From an uncultured Candidatus Saccharibacteria bacterium (GTDB lineage Bacteria; Patescibacteriota; Minisyncoccia; UBA6257; 2-01-FULL-56-20): 64,000 bases of DNA. Below, piece after piece: positions 57,734 to 64,000 of the stretch. Position 1 is the stretch's first letter. Each line of letters opens with the position of its first letter. The position numbers were made by a program, and so were the translations under genes. The stretch is taken from the NCBI GenBank assembly GCA_964530925.1, contig CAZHBZ010000002.1:3621-67620 (forward strand), given 5' to 3'. The notes beneath the pieces are model-generated. The model had not been told where the DNA came from, made no database searches, and saw nothing but the letters and a program-made list of their open reading frames with translations.

Positions 57734-59383
57734 ATGGTTTGGCTAAAAAAAATATTCGCATCCTTTTCCAGAAAAGAACGTCTTAGTTTCGTTTTTGCTT
57801 CAACTCTGGCGGCGGCCGCGGGGGCGCTGCTTCTTTGGCTCATATTCATAAACGTAACCACAACCGCGCCCGCCCGAGGCGGCGACTATGCCGAAGGCTT
57901 CTTGGGCCAGCCGGCATACGCGAATCCCCTTCTTGCGGAGACCCCCGTAGATAAAGCCTTAGTACGGCTAGTATTCGCGAACCTTCCAGACCTATCTGAC
58001 AAAATCGAAAGCGACAAGACCGGGAAAAGCTATAAGGTCCGGCTCAAGGAAAATCTCTTCTGGTCTAACGGACAGAAGCTCACAAGCGACGACGTTATCT
58101 TCACCCTCCAAAAGCTCCAAGATCCGCAAACCGCGAGTCCATATTTTTCGAACTGGCAAGGCGTTGCCGCCGCCCGAGTGAGCGAACTGGAAGTTCAGTT
58201 CACCCTCGCCGCTCCTTACGCGTTCTTTTCGCAAAGCCTTCAAAACTTCTATGTCGTCCCCAAGCACCTTTTTGCCGACACGCCAGCGTCCAATTGGAAA
58301 TTATCCGATTACAACCTGAAGCCGGTCGGTTCCGGTCCTTTTTCTTTTTACTCCTACGAAAAACGGGATGATGGATTTATAAATGCTTATCATCTAAAAG
58401 CGAACGAAAAGTATGCCGGCGGGGCCCCTTATATAGAAAACTTTGATTTGCGTTTTTTCACCAAACCAGAAGATATTGTTAAGGCGTTTAACTCCGGACA
58501 AATTGACGCCATCTCCGATTTGGATCCGGAAACTCTAAAAAGCATTCGCCGCACCTACAATCTCGCGGAGTTTCTTTTGCCGAACTATTACGCGGTTTTC
58601 TGGAATCAAAGCCAAAACGAGGCACTGACAGACTCATCCGTGCGGCAAGCCCTCTCGCTTTCGATAAACAGAAGCGAAATTATCCGCGACGCCCTTTACG
58701 GTTATGGCCGCGAAAGTCTTGGTCCGATTCCAAAAGATATCCCGGGGCTCGATATATCTTATTCCGCTCCCCAAAACGATCCGGATGGAGCGAACAACCT
58801 CTTGGAGTCTGCCGGATGGAAAATGGGAGACGGAGGCCTCCGCGTGAAAGAAACCAAAACCGGATTCTTAGAATTGAAATTCCGATTGACCGTCCCAAAT
58901 ATCCCGTTTTTGGTTTCCACCGCAAAAACTCTAGCCTCGGAATGGTCCAAGGTTGGAGCGATAGCCGAACTCAAGATTATGCCCCCGGATGAAATAATCT
59001 CCGGTCAAATAAAAAACAGGGATTACGAAGCTGTTCTTTTCGGGAACCTCTTGGGCTCGAATGGCGATCTGTACGCATTCTGGCACTCTTCGGAAAAATA
59101 CTATCCCGGATTGAACCTGTCCCTCTATGGGAACAAGCAGACTGATAAGCTTTTGGAATCCATACGTCAAAACCCGGATAAAACAAGCCGAGAAGAGCAA
59201 TTTCAAGATCTCGCGGATAAGATTACCGATGCCCTTCCGGCAACCTTCCTTTACTCTCCATCTTATCTCTTTGTATCAAGCCGCGATTTGGGCGGCGTCG
59301 AAGGAGGGTTCCTGGGCGAGAACGCGGATCGCCTTCGAAAAGCTAGGGACTGGTTCGTGAAAGTCGCGCGGGTATTCAAATAA
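57734..59383 (+). CDS. Family 5 (peptide/nickel) ABC substrate-binding protein, TM-anchored
   Basis: GG.Y.EG, WSNGQKLTSDDVIFT, PVGSGPF, VRQALSLSINR motifs. Confidence 0.88.
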   Translation: MVWLKKIFASFSRKERLSFVFASTLAAAAGALLLWLIFINVTTTAPARGGDYAEGFLGQPAYANPLLAETPVDKALVRLVFANLPDLSDKIESDKTGKSYKVRLKENLFWSNGQKLTSDDVIFTLQKLQDPQTASPYFSNWQGVAAARVSELEVQFTLAAPYAFFSQSLQNFYVVPKHLFADTPASNWKLSDYNLKPVGSGPFSFYSYEKRDDGFINAYHLKANEKYAGGAPYIENFDLRFFTKPEDIVKAFNSGQIDAISDLDPETLKSIRRTYNLAEFLLPNYYAVFWNQSQNEALTDSSVRQALSLSINRSEIIRDALYGYGRESLGPIPKDIPGLDISYSAPQNDPDGANNLLESAGWKMGDGGLRVKETKTGFLELKFRLTVPNIPFLVSTAKTLASEWSKVGAIAELKIMPPDEIISGQIKNRDYEAVLFGNLLGSNGDLYAFWHSSEKYYPGLNLSLYGNKQTDKLLESIRQNPDKTSREEQFQDLADKITDALPATFLYSPSYLFVSSRDLGGVEGGFLGENADRLRKARDWFVKVARVFK

Positions 59384-59595
59384 AGCGAGAGCGGCCGGAC
59401 AAGCTTGACCTCGTCCGGGATTAACGCTAGGATATATCCAACTTCGATTCCTCCTGTGTCCACACATCCAAAAAGAAGGATATCTTTCTCCAGCCGGTTT
59501 TTTGTTTATCTCAATAAATAATATCTACACCCAAGCAAGCGGCAAATTAAATTTGGCGGAAACTGGAAGACGCAAAGACGATTGTTAATTTAAAA

Positions 59596-59679
59596 GCCCT
59601 CCTGGCGAAACTGGCAGACGCGCAGGCTTCAGGAGTCTGTGGGAGCAATCCCGTGGAGGTTCAAATCCTCTGGAGGGCA
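59596..59679 (+). tRNA. tRNA-Leu(CAG), CCA not encoded
   Basis: GCCCTCC/GGAGGGC acceptor stem, CAGGC-TTCAGGA-GTCTG anticodon arm, long variable arm, GGTTCAAATCC. Confidence 0.95.
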
Positions 59680-59748
59680 CACTAAGTAAAATTAGTAAAA
59701 AAAAATATAAACAAGTCGAAAGTTGGTCATTTGTATTGAGGCTTAAAA

Positions 59749-59783
59749 CTACTCACTACTCACGACTAACCACCAACTAATTC
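59749..59783. repeat. Heptamer array upstream of rnj ATG
   Basis: CTACTCA CTACTCA CGACTAA CCACCAA CTAATTC; weak GT-rich partner at ~59713-59740. Confidence 0.85.
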
Positions 59784-59785
59784 AA

Positions 59786-61609
59786 ATGATGCAAAACACA
59801 TCAAGAAGGGGCGCCCCAAGAGGGCACCGATCGAATGCCCCGGCGGCGCGCCATGCGTCCCCAGGACGCGCCGGCGCTCACCCGCAAAGACATACGCCTT
59901 CCGCTAAACCGGAAGCCGACCGCATTTATAAACATGAGCCGAAAAAGGAACTCAACCTCCGCTTCATTCCGCTTGGCGGATTGGAAGAAATAGGCCGCAA
60001 CTGCCAATATTTCGAATACGGCAACGAAATAGTTATCGTGGATGTCGGCATTCAATTCCCCGAAGAGGCTACCCCGGGCATCGACTACATAATTCCCAAT
60101 GTCGCCTCCTTGGAACACAGAAAGCACGACATCAAGGGGATAATCCTCACCCACGGCCACTATGACCACATCGCGGCCATCCACTATTTGGTGGAAAAAC
60201 TCGGCAATCCGCCGATCATAACCTCCGCCTTCACCAAGGCGATGGTCGAAAAACGGCACGAAGAGTTCACGAACGCCCCGCGCCTGAATTTCATAACCGT
60301 GAAAGACGGCAGTCGCGTTCCCCTTTCTCCGAATTTAACCGCCGAATTTTTTGCGGTCGGGCACACCATTCCCGAAGCCCTGGGTTTTATCCTTAACACC
60401 CCCTCCGGTAAAATGGTCAACTTCGGAGACTTCCGCCTGGACATAGACAAAGACGGCAAACCGACCAATCTGGAAGTTTTCCACCGCTTGGCCAAAGAAG
60501 GCATTCACAGCATTTTCATTGATTCCACAAACGCCGACTATCCGGGCTATTCCGCCTCGGAACGCGTAGTTGAATCGGAACTGGAGAAACTCCTTAAAAA
60601 CGCGCAGGGCCGCGTTATAATCGCGACCTTCGCCTCGCTCGTGGACAGACTCCTCGAGATCATCAAGATCGCGGCTAAACTTGGCCGCAAAGTAGCCATC
60701 AACGGCCGCTCCATGAAGACCAATTTGGAAATCGCCAAACAATTGGGCTACTTCAAAGAAATGAAGGATCAAATGATCCCGCTTGAAGAAGTGAACAAGC
60801 ACAAAGACGATAAGATATTGATTCTCACAACCGGCGCGCAGGGCGAACCGAACGCCGGACTCATGAGAATCGTAAGCGGCGAACACAAAGTCGTAAGGCT
60901 CAAACCCACCGACACGATAATCTTTTCTTCCTCGGTGGTTCCCGGAAACGAACGCTCCGTGCAATCGCTTCAGGACAATATCGCCCGCCAGGTCGACGAA
61001 TTATACAATTCCAAACTCTTGGATATTCATGCTTCCGGCCACGCGCACGGCGACGATATAGAACTAATTTTGAGCATCATCAAGCCGAAATTCGTGGTAC
61101 CGATACACGGCTATTACTTTAAGCGTAAAACTCTGATTAAGATCGCGAAGCGCGCGGGCATGAGCAAAGAAAGAGTCATCATGATGGATAATGGAGACAT
61201 CGCGGATATCTTGCCGGACAAATTCTCCGTCTCCGGCGAAAAAGTCCCGGCCTCCTATGTCATGGTCGACGGCTTGGGTGTCGGCGACGTGGAAGAAGTG
61301 GTGCTGCGCGACAGATTGAACCTAGCCAAAGAAGGCATGGTGGTCATCATCGTCACGCTTGATAGGAGAAACGGCCGAGTTCTAAAAAACCCCGACATTA
61401 TCTCCCGCGGATTCATCTATCTCAAAGATAACCAAGTCATCCTTGAAGATATCCGAAAAAAAGTCCGCGCCGTCATCTCTCGACTTCCCGCCCATCAGGA
61501 AGTGGAAACTGACTACTTGAAAACGCTCATCCGCGATCAGGTCGGCCAATTCTTGTACACCAAGACCAAACGCCGCCCCATGATCCTCCCCGTGACAATA
61601 GAGGTTTAA
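59786..61609 (+). CDS. rnj: Ribonuclease J
   Basis: PLGGLEEIGRN, THGHYDH, TGAQGEP, HASGH, RRPMILP. Confidence 0.96.
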   Translation: MMQNTSRRGAPRGHRSNAPAARHASPGRAGAHPQRHTPSAKPEADRIYKHEPKKELNLRFIPLGGLEEIGRNCQYFEYGNEIVIVDVGIQFPEEATPGIDYIIPNVASLEHRKHDIKGIILTHGHYDHIAAIHYLVEKLGNPPIITSAFTKAMVEKRHEEFTNAPRLNFITVKDGSRVPLSPNLTAEFFAVGHTIPEALGFILNTPSGKMVNFGDFRLDIDKDGKPTNLEVFHRLAKEGIHSIFIDSTNADYPGYSASERVVESELEKLLKNAQGRVIIATFASLVDRLLEIIKIAAKLGRKVAINGRSMKTNLEIAKQLGYFKEMKDQMIPLEEVNKHKDDKILILTTGAQGEPNAGLMRIVSGEHKVVRLKPTDTIIFSSSVVPGNERSVQSLQDNIARQVDELYNSKLLDIHASGHAHGDDIELILSIIKPKFVVPIHGYYFKRKTLIKIAKRAGMSKERVIMMDNGDIADILPDKFSVSGEKVPASYVMVDGLGVGDVEEVVLRDRLNLAKEGMVVIIVTLDRRNGRVLKNPDIISRGFIYLKDNQVILEDIRKKVRAVISRLPAHQEVETDYLKTLIRDQVGQFLYTKTKRRPMILPVTIEV

Positions 61610-61612
61610 AAT

Positions 61613-61706
61613 TAGTGGTTAGAAAATAGTAGATGGTATATAGTAGAATTAAGAATAAGATTTCCGGATTGCTCCTATCTACCATTCACTATCTACTATC
61701 TACTCA
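61613..61706. repeat. Inverted pair of heptamer arrays with ~27-bp gene-less spacer
   Basis: TAGTGGT TAGAAAA TAGTAGA TGGTATA TAGTAGA ... CTATCTA CCATTCA CTATCTA CTATCTA CTCA-ATG. Confidence 0.85.
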
Positions 61707-62690
61707 ATGAAACCCATTCTTATCTCCGGCATTCAACCCTCAGGCAAGCTCCACCTGGGCAATTACCTGGGCGCCTTAAAAAACTTTGTTTCCCTCCAGA
61801 ACTCCGGCAAATACCAGTGCTTCTTTTTTATCGCCGATCTTCACTCCCTGACCGAAGAATCCACGCCAAAGGAAAAGGCTAGACAAATAGCGGAGCTGGC
61901 TGCCGATTATCTGGCCGTGGGTTTGGATCCGAAAAAATCCACGATATTTTTGCAGTCTTCAGTTCCGGCGCACTCCGAACTTGCTTGGATTTTGAATACC
62001 ATCACGCCGTTCGGCGAATTACGAAGAATGACGCAATTCAAAGACAAAGGCGGCGAAGCGGAAGCAACTAATGTCGGTCTTTTCGATTACCCGGTTTTAA
62101 TGGCTGCGGATATTTTGCTCTACGACGCGCAGGTAGTTCCCGTAGGCGACGACCAGCTCCAGCACTTGGAGCTCGCAAGGACTCTGGCCCGCAAATTCAA
62201 TTCCAAGTTTGGAAAAACTTTTGTGGAACCGAAACCCCTCTTGACCGAAATCCCCCGAGTGATGAGCCTGGACGCACCGGACAAAAAAATGAGCAAGTCT
62301 CGACCTCAAGGCTGCATATTCCTGGACGATTCCCCCGCGGAGATAAAAGAAAAAGTTAAGCGCGCCCAGACAGATTCCGAATCGGTCATCCGCTACGACC
62401 CCGAGAGAAAGCCCGCTATCTCCAACCTTATGCGTCTTTACGGCGCGCTCTCGGGCGATTTGATGCCGGACCTCGAAAAGAAATTCCAAAGTATGAATTA
62501 TTCGGAATTGAAACTCGGACTCGCGAACACCATCGCCAACTATTTTGCCCCCTTCCGCGCCAAGAAAGCGGCTCTTAAAAAACAGCCGAAGATAATAGAA
62601 AAAATGTTGAAAGCCGGCAACGCCAAGGCGCAGAAAATTTCCGCGAAGAAAATTGAGGATGTAAAGAAAAAGATCGGCGTCGCAAGATAG
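61707..62690 (+). CDS. trpS: Tryptophanyl-tRNA synthetase
   Basis: SGIQPSGKLHLGNY, YPVLMAADIL, VPVGDDQ, KMSKS. Confidence 0.97.
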   Translation: MKPILISGIQPSGKLHLGNYLGALKNFVSLQNSGKYQCFFFIADLHSLTEESTPKEKARQIAELAADYLAVGLDPKKSTIFLQSSVPAHSELAWILNTITPFGELRRMTQFKDKGGEAEATNVGLFDYPVLMAADILLYDAQVVPVGDDQLQHLELARTLARKFNSKFGKTFVEPKPLLTEIPRVMSLDAPDKKMSKSRPQGCIFLDDSPAEIKEKVKRAQTDSESVIRYDPERKPAISNLMRLYGALSGDLMPDLEKKFQSMNYSELKLGLANTIANYFAPFRAKKAALKKQPKIIEKMLKAGNAKAQKISAKKIEDVKKKIGVAR

Positions 62691-62703
62691 TAACATAGCG
62701 ACA

Positions 62704-62737
62704 AATCAAAAAAACGGCGTAAGCCGTTTTTTTGATT
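62704..62737. terminator. Bidirectional intrinsic terminator between trpS and ileS
   Basis: AATCAAAAAAACGGC-GTAA-GCCGTTTTTTGATT. Confidence 0.9.
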
Positions 62738-62745
62738 CGGGGAGA

Positions 62746-64000
62746 TTATGCTTTCCGAAGGCCAAGCCAGGCTTCCGCTCCATCAAACTTGGTCGCGATT
62801 TCCGCGTCGAATTTCTCGCTCTTCTTGTATTCGATTCTTTTTGCGCCAACTTCCATTTTTATTTTTGCTTCACTGCTTTGAACCGCAAGTTCCATATCGG
62901 CCGGCAACGCGAGCATCAAAAACACCTTATCTTTTGGCGAGAGCTTGGCGCTTTGCCTTAGTTCCTGCACTGCGCGCATCACTTCCCGAACCAATCCTTC
63001 TTCTTTCAACTCTGGGGTAATTTCTTTATCCAATTCCACTTCGCCTTCGATTCCTTTTTTGGGCGCGACTTCTTTTACATTCACCTCGTCGCGGATGATA
63101 TCCAAAATTTCTTTGTCTTTTATTATTTTCGCGGAAGATTCTTTTATCCAAAGCGTTTTAAGTGGCTGGCGGACTTTTATTCCCGCGGCGGCTCTGGCGG
63201 CGAGCCCCAGGCTCGAAACCTTACGCGCCTCTTTCATTTGCGCGAGAAGTGATTCGTTTTTGACTTCCGCGATCTTCGGCCAGTCGGCAAGATGCACCGA
63301 TTCTTTCTTTTTACCCGCGAAAGATAGAAGCTCCAAATACATCGCTTCGCTCATGAAGGGCATAAAAGGCGCGGAGAGTTTTTGGAGATTCAGAAGGGCG
63401 GAGTAAAGAGTATCTGAAGCGGCCGCGAAATCTTTTTTGTCTTCCGCTTTTTGGAAACGGCGCCTGGAGCGGCGGATATACCAGCGAGAGAGATCGTCGG
63501 TGAATTCTTCGAGCGCTAAGCCCGCGTCCCGCACATCATATTTTTCCAAAGATTCAGTAACAACTTTTGCCGCCTCCGAAAGCCGCGCGTTTATCCAGCG
63601 GTCCAAGATGTTTTTGGAAACGCCGGGCTTCGGCGAAGGCGACTTGCCGTAGGTGCGGAAAAACACCAGAGAGTTGAAGGCTAGCATGTGAAACTTCCTA
63701 TAGCTTTTAACTATCTCCGCTTCGTCAAAGTTCTTAGGTTCTCCCGCCGGGTTAACGGTATAAAAATACCAGCGGACCGCGTCCACTCCATATTTCTCGA
63801 TCATGTCCCAAGGGCTCACCACGTTCCCAATGTGCTTGCTCATCTTCTGTCCGTTCTTGTCATGAATAAGGCCCAGTGAGATCACGTTTTTAAACGGCTC
63901 TTTATATCCTAAAAGTGTCGCGAGCGCCAAAAGCGTATAGAACCAGCCGCGGGTTTGGTCCATGGCCTCGCAGATATAGTCCGCGGGGTAGCTGATCTTG
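62746..64000 (-). CDS. ileS: Isoleucyl-tRNA synthetase (IleS2-type C-terminus), 5' part outside window
   Basis: YPADYICEAMDQTRGWFY, KMSKH, LSRWYIRRSRRRF, KVRQPL; no C-terminal zinc finger. Confidence 0.93.
   Translation of the reverse strand, partial: KISYPADYICEAMDQTRGWFYTLLALATLLGYKEPFKNVISLGLIHDKNGQKMSKHIGNVVSPWDMIEKYGVDAVRWYFYTVNPAGEPKNFDEAEIVKSYRKFHMLAFNSLVFFRTYGKSPSPKPGVSKNILDRWINARLSEAAKVVTESLEKYDVRDAGLALEEFTDDLSRWYIRRSRRRFQKAEDKKDFAAASDTLYSALLNLQKLSAPFMPFMSEAMYLELLSFAGKKKESVHLADWPKIAEVKNESLLAQMKEARKVSSLGLAARAAAGIKVRQPLKTLWIKESSAKIIKDKEILDIIRDEVNVKEVAPKKGIEGEVELDKEITPELKEEGLVREVMRAVQELRQSAKLSPKDKVFLMLALPADMELAVQSSEAKIKMEVGAKRIEYKKSEKFDAEIATKFDGAEAWLGLRKA

Noticed and set aside
59440-59580. 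Permuted or split tRNA, or tmRNA
   Set aside because: The fragments cannot form a common acceptor stem and no anticodon arm or tag reading frame is supported

Overview
Bacterial chromosome window that reads like a Patescibacteria/CPR (Parcubacteria-type) genome. This is inferred from the compact, SD-poor housekeeping genes, the split transketolase, tRNAs without encoded CCA and the secG/orphan-SBP neighbourhood. Genetic code 11. Left part (1-17.7 kb): pentose-phosphate genes (pfkB-type kinase, two transketolase halves, rpe), redox and chaperone genes (glutaredoxin, trxB, DsbA, groES-groEL with a CIRCE-like operator), LemA/TPM, a damaged thyX, and a PabI-type (restriction glycosylase) R-M pair next to tRNA-Ser(GGA). 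Middle (17.8-52.9 kb): a ~35 kb surface-glycan locus. It has a priming sugar transferase, Wzx, a UDP-L-FucNAc-type pathway with split fnlB, many GTs, six SAM methyltransferases, an inserted perosamine/N-formyltransferase module, asnB and a split O-antigen-ligase/TPR pair. It also has an unusual module in which a phosphoribulokinase-like domain is fused to a polytopic membrane protein, beside a HAD, a class II aldolase-like protein, a GDPD-like protein and two NTP-transferases. Right part: four-helix-bundle pseudogene, rny, gpmI, secG, SBP, tRNA-Leu(CAG), rnj, trpS and partial ileS. The most notable unexplained structure is a family of degenerate 7-mer arrays (C[T/G]ACNNA) with a consistent strand rule: the GT-rich arm follows stop codons and the AC-rich arm precedes ATGs. 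As inverted pairs they bracket either the four-helix-bundle gene or a ~30-bp empty spacer. All product calls are from motif recognition; no searches were run.
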